NCBI RefSeq assembly: GCF_009914755.1
Contig: NC_060926.1
Strand: one strand, 5' to 3'
Source: the human T2T-CHM13v2.0 reference genome, Homo sapiens
Length of the DNA stretch: 64,000 nt
Below are positions 15,960 through 29,900 of the stretch, in pieces. Position 1 is the first letter of the stretch. Each line of letters begins with the position of its first letter. Below the pieces are notes generated by a model, which saw nothing but the letters and a program-made list of their open reading frames with translations, searched no databases and had not been told where the DNA came from. The translations under genes were made by a program, and so were the position numbers.

Positions 15960-16900
15960 GCTTGCCCCCCTACCCCGACCCCTCACTGCTGCTGGGCTCG
16001 CGGGTATGGTCAGCGCTGTGGCTTCGCCCGCGGCGGGCCAGGGAAGTGCATTAGAACACGGAGCACAGGGAGCTATTTCCTTCTCGCCGCCCCTGGTCTG
16101 TGCAGAGCTGCCTCTGAGACATTTCCTGTGCGGGAATGAATCCAGGGCTCCAGGGCTGTTTAGTCTGGGCCTTTGGGAGTTCGGTGCAGCTAATGCCTTC
16201 CAGAGGCCCAGCCCCTGCGCCTGGCGCTGCCCTCCTGGTGCCCACGCTGGCTGGCTCCCTGCCGTGCATCCCGGCCACGCTCACTTGCAGCGGGGAGTGG
16301 CTGCCTGCCCCAAGCTGGCCTGTCATCCAGGAATGAAGATGTTCTATTTGTGTTTTATATGGATTCACTTTGAAACTCCCATTCTGTGTTCCCATAAAGG
16401 GCATGCATGTGCCGAGCCCAGCCTTGACTCCCTCCTTTCGCTGTGGTGAGCTTGTTTATTTTCAGCGTGATTCTCAGCTGAGTCGCCCGTTTCCCAATAA
16501 AAGGCAGGGCCCAGCACTGTGGGCTCCATGAGGGCCTGTTTGGTTGCTTGGTTTGGAGCACGAGGGAAAACTTGATATGCACGTCATTTCCCAGTTCCAG
16601 GCAATGACCTGGGGCAGAGCGGGTGGGGAGCAGGTCTCCCGGAGCCATCTGGAATATGCCGATGAGTGAGCTGTGCATTAGCTCTCAGACCAGGGTCCTC
16701 TGGCAGCCAGGCCTCTGAGCACAGCGTCTGAAGTATCAGCCGCCACAGGGATCTGTGGGCAACAGCTGCGTGTGGCCTGTGCTGTTTCTCTCCTGACAAG
16801 GACCTTGCAAACAGCGTGGAAATGCGCGAGCCAGCGGTCAAACCCCTCTTCACCATGCACGGAGCTCAGCCGTCCTCTCCCTGCTCCTGGAGGTCTTCCT
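15960..16900. promoter_or_regulatory. GC/CpG-enriched unique segment (possible enhancer or alternative promoter)
   Basis: Local CpG excess outside repeats (CTCGCGGG, TTCGCCCGCGGCGGG, GCGCCTGGCGC, TGCGCGAG); based on composition only. Confidence 0.35.
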
Positions 16901-19900
16901 TTTTCTGTGACTGTAACCTAAAAACATTAAAATACGTTTATTGAGATAGCAAACTTTTATCCTCTTGGTGTTTGCAGTGAAAATAGTCCTTAATGGTGTA
17001 ATTTTCCTTTCTTACCTCCCTCCGCTTGTCCCGTCCTAGCTCTTGTTATTCCAAACAGTGTGGATTATTGGGCTGCACCTGGCCACCCAGGCTGGTGTTT
17101 TGAATCAGCAGCATCACCTCTCCGGAGCCCATAGCAGGAAGCAATTGTTTGGGATCTGATACTGCTGGGCTCTCATTTTCCTTGTCTTAGAAATGGGGAC
17201 ACATGTCTGCCCATGTTGAGCTCTGGCAGGGATGCTGGACTTTTTGTCCTAGCTAAGAAACCAAACTGCATGTGGGTTACGGAAGTGGTCTAAGTTTCCC
17301 AGTGCCAGCACGAAGCCTCGACTGGTGAGTATTGTAGAAGAGCACTGCCTTAGCTGAGTCCAGTATTTCTCTTCCAAAATAAACGTGCATGTTCAAAGCA
17401 ATTGCTTGTCTGTGGGTATAACTGTTGTGTGACTGGTAGCTGTGGGAACACACTGAGTGTCATGTATGACCTTGCGCTTGTCTTCACGCAGATGTCAGTA
17501 AGACTTCCAAAGTCTGTGTTGGTCATCCCTGGGTGGTGGGATTTAAGGGAAAATTTTACTTTCTTCTTCATGTTTTCTGATCTATTTAAGTTTCAATAAA
17601 TGAACATCTTTTTTTAACTCAAATTTTAAAAATTTGTAACTTCTAGGGCTTTGGAATCTTTTTTTCTTCATGGAAATCGAACACAGACTGAGTCATGGTT
17701 CTTAGAATTCTGTAATTATCAAGTTGAAAAGAACCTTAAGAATTGTCTGGCTCAGAACCTGGGATTGAGATGAGAGGCTCCTGAGCCTGCACTTGCGTTT
17801 TCTCCTCAGACTCTCCTTCCTGTGCTCTGCCCGTTATCAACCGAGCCGTCCCTGCCTGGGTTGTCTATCGTGTGACTGTTTCAGATAAAGGCGGGTTATC
17901 TTGGTTTGGAAGAATTCGGATAAATGACATAGTTCTTCATTGCCTCTCCAGTTGACTCTGCCTTACCCACAGGCAGATTTAAGGCTGGGGTTGGCACACT
18001 GCCTGCAGGCTATGTATTGTCTGTGGCTGCCTAACAACAGAGCTCTAACAGCAGAGCTGGTGGCTGCGGGGAAGGCCACACAGACCCCGCAGCCTGCAGT
18101 GGTTACCGTCTGGCCCTTTCATGGACCCCTGCTGAGACTCATTAGACAGTGGGATGTGAGCAGGAGACCCACGGCAAAGACAGTGAATGTAAGATGGGAA
18201 ATCCGCTGTCTGGAGGGGCAGTGTCTAGGGGGACCAGGGACTGTGGTAGCCTGCCTGTGGTGTGTGCTGTGAGCTCAGTGTCGGCCCCTGACCAAAGGCA
18301 TGCGATGGGGCTGGAACACTGCCGTCGTCCTTGGAATTGGATGTTCAGACTCAGCTCTTTTGCTGTTGCTTCATCTGGAATGTTCTCATTAGGAATGTGA
18401 AATCCGGTGTGGGCCAATTCTTATGCCCTTTAAAGCAGATGTCGGGTTCAGGCTGTGGGCACTGAGTCCTGAGACTGGCATTGGTGGCGGAAAGCACTGG
18501 GCTCAGTCCTTGATTCAGAGAACACACAGCAGTGCGGTTTGGTGGCTGCTCCCACAGTGTCCCCATAGCCTTCCTTGCCTGTGCAGTGGCCCCAGTGGCT
18601 TCAGGACAGCAGGGCTGTGCCATAGGGCAGAGCCTCCCAACCAGAGGCTCCAGGATGTTGTGGAGTTCATGAAGGTAGCCATGGATGTCCCTGGCCATTT
18701 TACTGTTTCGAAGAGTAAGGTGGACATCACAGTTTTATCTATGACTGGGAAACACAGGCAGAGAGAAGGACTAAGTTGCTTTGTTTTGGCAAGAGGGGAG
18801 AGGAACAGACATGTGGGGATGCTTCCTGTGTACCAGACTGGGTGCTGGGTTTTTGACTTCCTTTCATTTTTTTTCTATACCATACCTCATGCAGTTGGCA
18901 GCCAATACTCCACAGCTGGGGCGTGGGTGGGACCAGAGTGGTGCCCTGATCAGAGTAGGCACCAGGCCACACTCACTTGGCTGCTGCCAGGCCCAGCCAG
19001 GGCAACGGGCAGTCCTGGAATCAAAGCCTGTGGTCTTTCTACAACAACCCATGGTGTCTGGAATTCCCTCCATTGTGGCTATGGTGTTCGTATCTAGGTG
19101 GCTGAAGCCTTGCTATGTTTGATAAGGAACAGGAAGATAAATGGTTAATAAATGTAATATATTTGGAAGATGATATTTTCAGGATAGGGCACATGCACTG
19201 AGGTGGGAGATTTTAACCCAGCGTCTTTGGAGGAAAAGTTGGAAATGATGCCTTGTGTGGCTCACTCGCTGGAGCCCTGCTGGCAGACCCATGAGGGCAG
19301 GGGCTTAGCGTGCAAGCTTCAGGGATAGGATAGCAGGAGCACAGGCAGTTTCTTTCTGCCCCTCTGTCAACATATTTCAGATTCTCTTTTAGGCTTGTCT
19401 AGCACTGATGTCATCTAATGGGGAGAGTCCTTGCATTTGCCTTAAATAGGGTATATTTAAAGAGTGATTTATACCTTTTTCCAAAACAATATATTGCCCA
19501 ACTGTCTTTTGGCTTCCTTGAGTAGCCTTTATTTGAGTCGCACAGCAAAATCCCATATTTAAATGATTTTGAGATGCTGCTAAGAAGTGCATTCATGCCT
19601 ACTAGTAGTCCTGGTCATTATCAGTCCCACTAAACCGGGACCTAGTCCTGGTCCAGACTAGAAATTGGAGTCCATCATTTCAGAGTCAGTGGTGACGTCA
19701 GTTTGGTGCCATGGCCTGTGGTGCTTCCTGTTTTCCTTGCCTGGCACTTGTACTTCATCCTTTCCCCTATTGGCACGCTAATCTTTGCATGGTTTTATCT
19801 TGATGAGATGTCTGAGGGGTTTGTATTTCATCCTGCAGCACAGAAACAAAGGTTAGCTCATTGAAAAGCAAACGCTGGTGAATTCAGGCACACTTGGAAA

Positions 19901-20942
19901 TAAATGCAAACTTTTTGGCAGTCGTCTGTGTAACCAGGAAGCTTCACGAGTTGGCAGGTGGTTTCACATCTGTTTGTTCCTTTACTCAACAAGTATTAAC
20001 TGAGAGCAAACAAGGATGAGCTCATGGCTCCCCTGAATGAGACCAGCACTGTGGCTGCTCAGGTGCAGGAGCTGCAAATCTGAAATCTTAGGTTATTGCT
20101 TTGGCTGAAAAGTGCAATCTCAGTGGAAACCTTATTTTTAAGGATCTCCAGAATCAGTAATAGGACACATTTTGGGTTACCTCAACTAAGGGACTTTTCT
20201 AGGTAGAGTGTACATAAAAATGAAGTAAGTAACTTTGAACAGTGTAATTGTAATCTATTGGCTTCAAAGAGAGTCTAGAGTAAGGAGTAATTCATCTTTT
20301 AACAGCTGTAAGCTGCCATGCCAGTAATAGTTTTTTAAACATGTCTTTTAGTTTTGCATCTTAATTATTTATTGGGTATGCACTAATTAATTTTTTTCCA
20401 GGGAGTTCTTTGAATATTTTATAGTAATACTTTATTTTTCTGGATCACTTGTGCTGAAGCAGATCAGAGAGCAAGCAGAAAAGATCCACGTGGTCTAATT
20501 GATATTCTGCATGTTATATCCTTGAGACTCTGTCTTCACTGGGGGCCTAGCTCCTTTGGGTTTTGGTCAGCACACTGGAAAGCCTCATTCTGTCCACCTG
20601 CATTTCCTGGGTGTCTGCCCTTTACTTGGCCCAGTGCTAAATCTTGAAAATTCAAAGGGTAATAACCAACATACAACCAGTGGGGGAAAAGCAGACTTGT
20701 GCAATGATTATTTTGTGATTCTTGAGTCAAGTAGCAATTGTAGAGTTTAATAAAATAGAAAAGGGTACAGAGGAGGAAGCCAATTAATTGAAAGGTTATT
20801 TCATTGAGGGCTGGAAGGAGGTGTTTTGAGAGAAGACAGCTGAGCAGCAGTGAGATACTCTGAGAGAACACCATGTGCAATGGAATGCTGTGTTTTTAGG
20901 AGCCCAATAGTTGCTCACAATTTCTTGATCAAAAGGCATAGG

Positions 20943-21236
20943 GGCCAGCCATGATGGCTCATGCCTCTAATCCTAACACTTTGTGGGGCCAAGGTGGGAG
21001 GATCACTTCAGTCCAGGGGTTCAAGATCAGCCTTGGCAACATAATGAGACCCTATCCCTACAAAAAATTAAAATAAAAAATTAGCCAGGTGTGGTGGCAC
21101 ATGCCTGTAGTCCCAGCAACCCAGAAGGCTGAGGCAGGAGAATCGCTTGAACCTGGGAGTTTCAGATTTCAGTGAGCTATGATGGTGTCACCGCACTCTA
21201 GCCTGGGTCACAGAGCCAGACCCTGTCTCTAAAAAA
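20943..21236 (+). mobile_element. AluJ
   Basis: Diverged dimeric Alu with flanking direct repeat AAGGCATAGG. Confidence 0.87.
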
Positions 21237-23495
21237 GAAGGCATAGGGGCATGGAAACAGGAATGGAGGCTGTTCCGCTGGCAGAAGTTAGGCTCAGCCG
21301 TGAACTTTATCTTATGTGACACGGCATTGTTGAACAGTTTTCAGCCCATGATGTGTATTTAGGGGAGAAAGATCACTAGCTGAAGGATAGGGATGCATTT
21401 GTCAGGGTGAGACTGGTGGAAAGGAGATTGATCACTTGGGAGATTTGGCATTTTAGGTGAGGTATGATGGCCTCAAGAGAGCCCTGCACTGGGGTGAGCA
21501 GGCTTTTCCCCAGCTTTGTCAGCCACCTGCTGTGTGACCTGGTGGAAGTTACATTTAAATGTTCCAGAGTCTGAGACAATAAGCTCTGTTTACTGGGAAA
21601 GTCACTCGTGTGGTGCTGAGATTAGCCATCTGCCTTTATCTTTTCTTTACAGACACACTCAGCCCAGAGTCAGAATAAGGGGGACTGTGTTTTCAGATGC
21701 AAAACCAGGGACGATGATAGCTCCTGTGCAGGATTGTGAAGCAGGAAGATTAAATGCCAGGCCTGGGGCTGGTGCAGAGAAGGAGCCCAATGCATGGTGA
21801 TTTTCTTTTATATCTACTAAGAAAGATACTTAGGGTGGTACAAGGGACTGCAACTAACCAGGCTCTGCCATTGTAGCATGAATAAGTTGGACATGAAATA
21901 GTCTGGGGCAGAGATTTTTTAGACTTGGGGCCTGTGATCTGCCAGAGGGTTCATGCATGGACTTGGCAGCTCCGTGACTCCTTGGAACTGTGTGTGAAGC
22001 CACTATTTAACTTCTCTGGGGAGTGTGACTGTCACCTGCTCTGGGGGGGGGCACCATTCCTACAAAGTTAGTATCAGTGGTCCAGAGAAAGAACAAGGCC
22101 ACAGGGTGTTGAGGTGAGGGTGAGGGTGAGGGGAGAGATGATAGTGTCTAGACCACACAGAGATCCTGCTTGTGTAGTAATCTAAAAACTCTGAATAACT
22201 TAGGACAGGTAGACTTCCCAGGAAAATGCTAAGAACCCCCTTCAACTTGATCCTCTAGTAGATTTCAGATGTAAGAAATATTAAAGCCTATTAGACAAGG
22301 CAATTTGTTTGATTTATTCTGGCCAACTGCCAGATGGCTTGTAGGTCAAGAACAAGTAAAGTTGTTTGTTTAATTCACCTTTCTCCTTTGAGGTAGGATT
22401 TCTCCATTAAACTGGAAGTTTCTAGCAGGAGTCTCATTTGATTTGCCAACATGTTTCCCAAATCATCTAACATAATCAGAAAATTAGACCTAAACAAAGG
22501 GCCTAAATCTTTTCTCCCAATTGTTCAAGTATGTTTCTTTGCTAAGGTATAAGCAAACAAACAAGTCTACCCTAAAACTAAAAATATTTTCTCTTTCTAT
22601 ATCCATATCAATCTGTGCTGCTATACAACAAACCTACCCTTTCTTAGGGTAAGGAAAAAATATGAGGCACCAATGTACCAAACAAAATATTTTCATATGT
22701 ATTTCATACATTGCAGAGTCATATTCTATAAATTTCAGGAACTTAGTTGTCAACGTTTTTATCTGCCTCTTTGCTTTAATTTTTAGAGCTCTTTTATGAA
22801 TGTTCTCTATTGCAATTCATTGAGCCCCCGTGAATAATACTGCTTCTGCTAGAAATGATATATACTCAGTGTGGTGGAGGAATATTGGTGGTATGCTTTA
22901 GTTTCCTTTTTTTTATTGTTTTGTGAGCTCTAGATGGTCTCCTGTAGCAGGTCCTCCAGAGATATTATACTTGGATAGTTTATATTCTCTAACTGTATTT
23001 GTCAGAGATTATTCCCAACATTGCTATGTTTTATTTATGTCAACTCTTTAACCCAAAGCCTTTGGACTCAAATACGTTATTTTTCAGAACCAAAAGAGTC
23101 TGTGGTGAGACAGCAAGGCAGGGCAGTTGGCTTATTTATGGATCATGCTCCTCTTCCTGTCCTCCCAGGAATTCACTTTGTCAAAGTTCTTGTGTCGTTC
23201 ACATAGATCTAATTAACATTTTTAATTGGTGTGTCGTGTAGTTCTGGAAACTGCTTATTAGATTTCGTAGGTGTCTCTGGCAGCACAAAATGTTTAATGA
23301 GCAAAATAATTGTGTTACAGTGAAATGAATATGGACATATTCACTGAATTAATAAATGAATTAAATGATGACTTCATGGAAACCTCCTGAGAAAGTAGTT
23401 ATGGACCATCTTCCCTGTGTAAGATATTCAAATTAACTTTTCGTGTTTGTGTGAAGGTTTTGGGGGAAATACTTTTTTTCTTATAAAGTATAATA

Positions 23496-23496
<1 letters not shown>

Positions 23497-23529
<33 letters not shown>
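23497..23529. repeat. (TG)n microsatellite (~16 units)
   Basis: Pure TG run. Confidence 0.95.
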
Positions 23530-23531
<2 letters not shown>

Positions 23532-23952
23532 TTTTAAACCAGAATGAGAGTCTGTAAGTAAACTGAGATTCACATTCTTTAATTGAGCCTCAGAAGAGTC
23601 TGTGAAATGTCATGGCAGCTGGAAGGAAACGAGTAGGATGTACAATGTCCCTGACCAGAGAAATACGTATCTTGCAGCTGCGTGGAAATTGAGATAATCA
23701 AAATTAGGTTCTACTTCCTGTTCTGACATGTGATCCTTTTTATCCTCTGATTCTGGAGGTGATGGCCAAGAAGTAAGAGGATATATAAAGAAAGGTAGTC
23801 TGTAGATTTTCAGAGCTGCTGACAGTGAGTCCAGACTCTTCCTGTATTAGATGAAAAAGCAGAACGTGAGAGGACATGACTTGCCCAGAGTGGTGGCTCG
23901 GAGCTGGGGGGTATCCCTGAGATCTCTTAACTGCTGCCCAGCCCAGTGTCCT

Positions 23953-24325
23953 TGTCTTTGTGTGTTTTCTGTTGCTATAATATAATACCAAAGAGTGGGT
24001 AACTTATAAAGAAAACAGGTTTCATGAGCTCACAGTTCTGGAGACTGGGAAGTCCAAGAACATGGTACTGGCATCTGATGATATCCTTCCTGCTGTGTTG
24101 TAATATGGTGGAGGGTATCACATGGTGAGAGGGCAAGAATGTGCTAGCTAAGGTCTCTCTTCCTGTTCTTCTAAAGCCACAAGTCCCATCATGGGGGCCC
24201 TACCCTGATGGCTTTATCTAATCCTAATTACCTCCAAAGACCCTGCCTCAAGATGCCATCAACATATGAATTTGGAGATTGTGTTTTCAACACATAAGAT
24301 CTGGGGGACACATTCAAACCATAGC
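23953..24325 (-). mobile_element. MaLR solo LTR (MST/MLT1A-type)
   Basis: GCTCACAGTTCTGGAGACTGGGAAGTCCAAGA...GGGGACACATTCAAACCATAGC. Confidence 0.78.
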
Positions 24326-24955
24326 CCTCTTGGCTAAACCACGCTGTCTCTTACCCCTCAAAGTGCTCCTTATCGCAGGAAAATACAGGGGTCAAAAAAG
24401 TCACTGACGAAAGAACTAGGGCTATTAAACAAGACAGAGGCTGGATCATTTGGACCCAAAGGTGTTCTTAAAAAGACTCTTTGGGTTGCAAGAATCAGAC
24501 CCATTCAAATTACCTCAAGTGGTGGGATCTTATTGTAAGGTTTGCTCTCTGTGGGGACCCAGGCACAGCTGAACAAATGGGCCTCCATGGGGTTAGGAAC
24601 CACAGGAGAAGTTTTTTTTTTTTTCTCTAGTCTGCCAGTCACACAGCTGGGCCCTGTTCTCTGTCTACTTCCCTCTCTACCTGTGCTGCCACTGAACCAC
24701 TGCCCTCCACTGGTATTCCCCACTAGTCAGGGCTTCGGCCTCCTTCCTTTGCCCACAATCTCTGCTTCTCTCTGAGTCCGCTGCCTTTCCTGATTTGGCA
24801 GATGGTATTGATGACTTTTTCTCTGTTTCCTGATTCCATTTCCCAAAAGGGACCATCTCATTGGCTCAGGGAATTACTTCACAGCAGGTACACAGAGGCC
24901 ATTAGCTAGCCAATGAACTGGCTCCTCAGGGGTCAGGTGACTTCCCCTGGCCCAG

Positions 24956-25320
24956 TGATATGGTTTGGCTCTGTATCCCCACCCAAATCTCATCTTGAAT
25001 TGTACTCTCATAATTCCCACGTGTTGTGGGAGGGACCCAGTGGGAGATAATTGAATCATGGGGGTGGTTTCTCCCATACTGTTCTTGTGGTAGTAAATAA
25101 GTCTCACGAGATCTGATGATTTTATAAGGAGAAACCCTTTTTGCTTGGCTCTCTTTGTCTGATGTCCTCCATGTAAGATGTGACTTGCTCCTCCTTTCCT
25201 TCCACCACCATTGTGAGGCTTCCCCAGCCATGTGGAACTGTAAGTCCATTAAACCTCTTTATTTTGTAAATTGCCCAGTCTCTGGTATGTCTATCAGCAG
25301 TGTGGAAACAGACTAATATA
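24956..25320 (+). mobile_element. THE1 (THE1C-like) solo LTR
   Basis: TGATATGGTTTGGCTCTGT...ATTAAACCTCTTT...GACTAATATA; 5-bp TSD CCCAG/CTCAG. Confidence 0.9.
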
Positions 25321-25689
25321 CTCAGTCAGCTAAGAGTGTGGTCACAGGGGCTTCAGGGGCTGAGTCCAGGGCAAGCTTACTTGGAAGGGACCACCCCATG
25401 CAGAGAGCTCTGCAGTGGGATTTATCAGCAGATTTCTCCATGCAATATGTTTACCCTGATGCAAGCTTCCTCAGATTGATAACATTCCAATCCTACTTAC
25501 CAATTTTCCCCTTCTTGACAAAGTCCTTTGATGGCCAGCCCGCTGTGCACACACAGTACTCACAGACCCTCCGTCAGCATGAGCATGTGGAGGTGGTGAG
25601 GAGAAGTGATGGCTCAGGAAGGTCCTTCCAGCTCGTCTGTGTTTGGTGTTGGACTTCTGTGTCAGAGTTTTTCAAATAAACCTGTTATT

Positions 25690-25915
25690 TGGGAATGATC
25701 TTAGGTTTATGGAAAAGTTGAGAAAACAGAACAGAGGATTCCTGTATACCCCTTGCCCAGTCTCCACTAATGTTGATATCTTATGCTACCATGGTACATT
25801 TGTCAAAACTAAGCAATTAACATGGGTACATTACTGTTCACTAAATTACAGGTTTTACCAGGGTTTCAGCAGTCTTGCCACTCACGTCTTTTTTCTGTTC
25901 CAGGATCCAGTCTAG
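25690..25915 (-). mobile_element. Old L1M 3' fragment
   Basis: GAAAAGTTG...CCTGTATACCC...ACCATGGTACATTTGTCAAAACTAAG...AACATGGGTACA resembles an L1MC/MD 3' UTR. Confidence 0.6.
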
Positions 25916-26609
25916 AATGGCATGTTGCATCTGGCGCTGTAAGGGTTTGTGTGAAGAAAGGATTCCACTGGTGTAACACACACACACACGCACACTAACA
26001 AACACAGCAGAAAAGTACCCAAAAGTTTCTTTATCCTCTGGTCCATGCCACACTCCTACTTTCACCAGATTCCTCTTTATTAAAAGTTATGTTTTTACCT
26101 TCCCCTCCAGCATAAGGACCTGCAGTAGATGCCTGTTGCCGAACACACCAAATCCAAATTTCCCTCCCGGCCACAGGGGGTTCCTATTCTCTGAGTCTAC
26201 TCTCCTGCCTCCTCTTTCTTCTCCAGCCATGGTAGTGGATGCTAGGTTCCATCTGTCTCCCTGCCTTTTTCTTGACATCTCTGAGCATACTTCATCCATG
26301 CCACATTCTAAGACCATTTTTCCATGACCTACACCTTTTTTTTCCATCCTGGCAGGAATTAGGTTTATGTGTTAGTATATTCTCTGGTTTTCCTTTTAGG
26401 CTTTACTGTAGTTATATTGCCATGGCTGTAAGGGCCTTGAATGAGCAACCAAAGGCCAGTTTGGTGATGTTTGCTCATTGCTCAGGGGAGGAGGAGCCTG
26501 ATTTTGAACTTCAAAAAAATTATCTATGTGATAAACATATGTATGCCGTAAACCTGAATAATTTTTGAAAAGTAGGTAATTGCTTCACCTGTTGAAGCAT
26601 GAAGAGGTT

Positions 26610-26968
26610 TGTCTTACTTAGTTTTCTGCTGCTATAGAAGAATACCACAAACTGGATAACTTATAAACAATAGAAGTGTATTTGACTCATGATTTTGAAG
26701 GCTGGGAAGTCCAAGAGCATGGCGCTGGCATTTGGTGAGAGTCATCCCATGGCAGAAGGCATCGCATGGTGAGATAGTATGTGTGCATGTGAGAGAATGG
26801 GGCTGAAGTCCCTGCTTTTATAACTAGCCCACTCCCATGACAATGGCATTAACCCACTTAGGAAGGTGAAGCCCTCATGACCTAATCACCTCTTAAAGGT
26901 CCAAACCCTCTGCATTAGGGATCAAATTTCCAACACATAAACTTTGGGGGACACACTCAAACTATAGT
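26610..26968 (-). mobile_element. MaLR solo LTR (MST family)
   Basis: CTGCTGCTATA...GGCTGGGAAGTCCAAGAGCATGGCGCTGGCA...GGGGACACACTCAAACTATAG. Confidence 0.8.
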
Positions 26969-29900
26969 GTCCCAGAAAGGTGTCTGCATAGTATAATCTC
27001 ACATAGTCAGGTGTTTTTCTTCCTGGATGTGCTTGGGACATAGAAAGCACATGGAACTTGCACAGGAGATATTTTGCATTAATTGCAAGAATGAATCGAT
27101 GTTGCGTAAATTGGTGACTAAAGGAATGAATGAGTGGGTAAGTAATGGCTCCAGTTACATTGTAATGCTTTGAGGCTAGGCTGGTATTTCCTTGATATCA
27201 ACTACTGCAGTGGTCTACATATAAAGTAATTCTCAATTTAAATGATTTCTTATTTTTAATTTTAAAATTAAAGTGTCAGGCCAACTTGGATATTTGAATT
27301 TCTAGGAAATAGAATGCTCAACTGCCTGTTTCTAATATATAGTTTATTTCCATATGCATATTGCCATATAAAATTATACTGTTTTTCACTCTCATATTTC
27401 ATAAAATAACTTAAACGTTTCCCATGAATCTTTGACATTGGTGTCTTCATCATCACAGGACCCCATTTTGGGTCTCCTAACAGGTTTCAGAGCTCATCAT
27501 CCTTCCACATGACTGTGTCGTGAGATGTATTTTCTAGTCGTTTTTATCCCAAGCCACAATGACTAATTTATTCAGCACTAAAAATTAACTTTTTAAAAGA
27601 AATCTTTAGAAGATTGTGTACAAAACTGTCCAGCACTGTCCAAAACTGACCCAGAATTGTGGGTCATTCCTTCTGGGTTAATTACTGAATCTGTGTTAAC
27701 TTGCCTTCTTGTATACTGATTCTCAAAAAGCACATCCTGAGATGACTATCAGTTGAGTTAGTTTCAGGCTTGTGTATTTTCTCCATATACTGCTTTCGTG
27801 TTCTTAATAAAGTAACTGATAAGTGCTTTGCAAGGTGAGAGTCTACACAGGGAACCAAAGAGATGGTGAACTCTCCCTTGCTGCTGGGTGATTTTGGAAA
27901 CAAAGCTCTACCTTATATCTAGATGCATATAGTAGTTCAACTCCCACACAGTAAAGATCTGGAAATTGAAGCCTGGAGAGGGAGAGGTTTCAGTGGCCTT
28001 TTGAAGGCTGTGCCTTTTGTGTATAAACCAGGACTAGAACATTTGAGTCTTACCCCAGCTCTTCACAATTCAGCCTTAACTTTTATTTTTGAGATAAAAA
28101 AAATGAGAAATTAACTTCTTTTATCCTGCCCGTCCACTCACTCTTTGATTCTGAAAATGTACAGTTCATCCCTGAAAACAAAAACAAAACTGATGAGTCT
28201 CTCAGCACTTTCCTACATGGAGCATTTGATCCTCCCAGCAGCTCGGTCAGGTCAGGAATTATTTATACTCTTTACATATAAGGAGGTAAGGCCAAGGGGG
28301 TTAAGTTACCTGTCCAGGGGCCCCTGCCAGGCCACTGTGTTGTCCCTGGGCCATTCTCTCTAGGGCATTGTCCCAAGGAAAGTGGGCTCTAGAATCCCAG
28401 AGACCTGTGCCCCCACACCTACCAGTTGCAGGTGAGTGCCCCAGCTCCTCAGAGCCTCAGTTATTCTCTTCTGTAGAATGGAGCCCTGTGGTCCTTAGTG
28501 GGGTTGAGTGACACGGTGTGTGTTGAGTGCTAGGTGCTGTCCAGGGTATCACGATCTCTCTGTGAACGTGGGGTGTTGAGCCCATGTGGTGGTTCCATGT
28601 GCTTCGTAGTCTCCTGCATGTGCTTCAAGGCACTGCCCCAGTTGCCTTGGCTGGCCCTGTGATGCTTGGGTAAATCCATATCTCCTCCCAGGTGGTCTGA
28701 ATTTCTACACTCCCTTGGGAGTTCTGGGAGCTTCTTGGATAGGTGACTGGTCAAAGCAGTGTTCAACTCTGTTCCTTCTCCCTTACTTCAAATGACCAAG
28801 TTCATATCCTTGTTCATAAAAATAAGACGTTTATCGCACAAAGGCCAGGAGTTTCCTAGCAGGATGAAATGCAGAAAGGCAGCTTTTCAGGTGATGAAAG
28901 CAGATATGTCAGATGTGGTCTTTGCTATTGCTGTGGCGGGGCCCTGGGGGAGCTCTGGTCCCCTGTCTGTCCCAGCCGTGGGTCTGCTCACTGCTCAGAG
29001 TCCTGTGCGGATAGAGCTGGGCTGGGAGGCTGAGCTGTTGCTTAGCTTTGAGCCCCTCTGATCCAGGTTGTTGGCTTCCCCCATCCAGTGCTGGGGTGCT
29101 CCTGTGCCTCCATGGGCTTCCCAGAGAGTGAGCTGGTCCCACCAGAGGTCCCAGCCCACACTGGGCTGCCTGCTTCCCCCTGCCACCAGGAAGCAGCCTC
29201 TCCAAGTGCCTCCTGTGAATGTGCAGCCTCCTATTCTGCCAGAACTTTCTGGTTGGGTTTGCAGAGTTCAGGGAGTTGTGCCACATACAAGAAAGTATTT
29301 GCCAAGCCCAATGAGGCAGTTACGTGGTTGTCCAGAAAACTGAGCAAAGACAGTTTGTCATTGAAGCTGGTCCCTCAGCGAAAAAGGCCTCATCAAACAA
29401 CCAAGAATGTAAGAAAATATATACATTTTCCATTTATTTCCACCTGAAAAATATGAAAAGAATTGTAGGTGTCTGTGAATATACCCATATTGTAGCACCA
29501 CCTACCTGATTAAAATATGGAACCTGCTTATTATCTGTTTGTGTATTTCGATTCCCTTTGTTGGGGCTGTTACACCGTGGAGATAGTAAAATGTGATTAG
29601 AGTGGAATATATTCATTTGTAGACAGTTTGGATTGCATCTGAGATATTTTCCTGATTGTTAGAATTTCTCTCCCATTGGGATTTAAAGGGTGGTTATTTT
29701 TCCGTATATTTATCAAGTGGAAGAATAATTTGACAGGGACATGTTATCAGGTAAGGCATCTTTCCTAATCGATGTGAATAAAATCCCATGTAAGAGGAGC
29801 TCAGTGTGTTTGCATATTTTTTTAAACAATAAAAGATTGGATTGTTAGAGCATCAGAGAAGAGTGAAGACAGCTGTGCTTTTTATCACAGGGAACCTAAA

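Noticed and set aside
18423-19097. 224-aa ORF (likewise 32250-32855 and 48310-48981)
   Set aside because: No recognisable domain, Pro/Cys/Trp/Ser-rich composition typical of chance ORFs in GC-rich non-coding DNA, and no exon-like boundaries.
19693-19700. Perfect CRE palindrome TGACGTCA
   Set aside because: A single 8-mer can occur by chance in 64 kb and has no supporting context.
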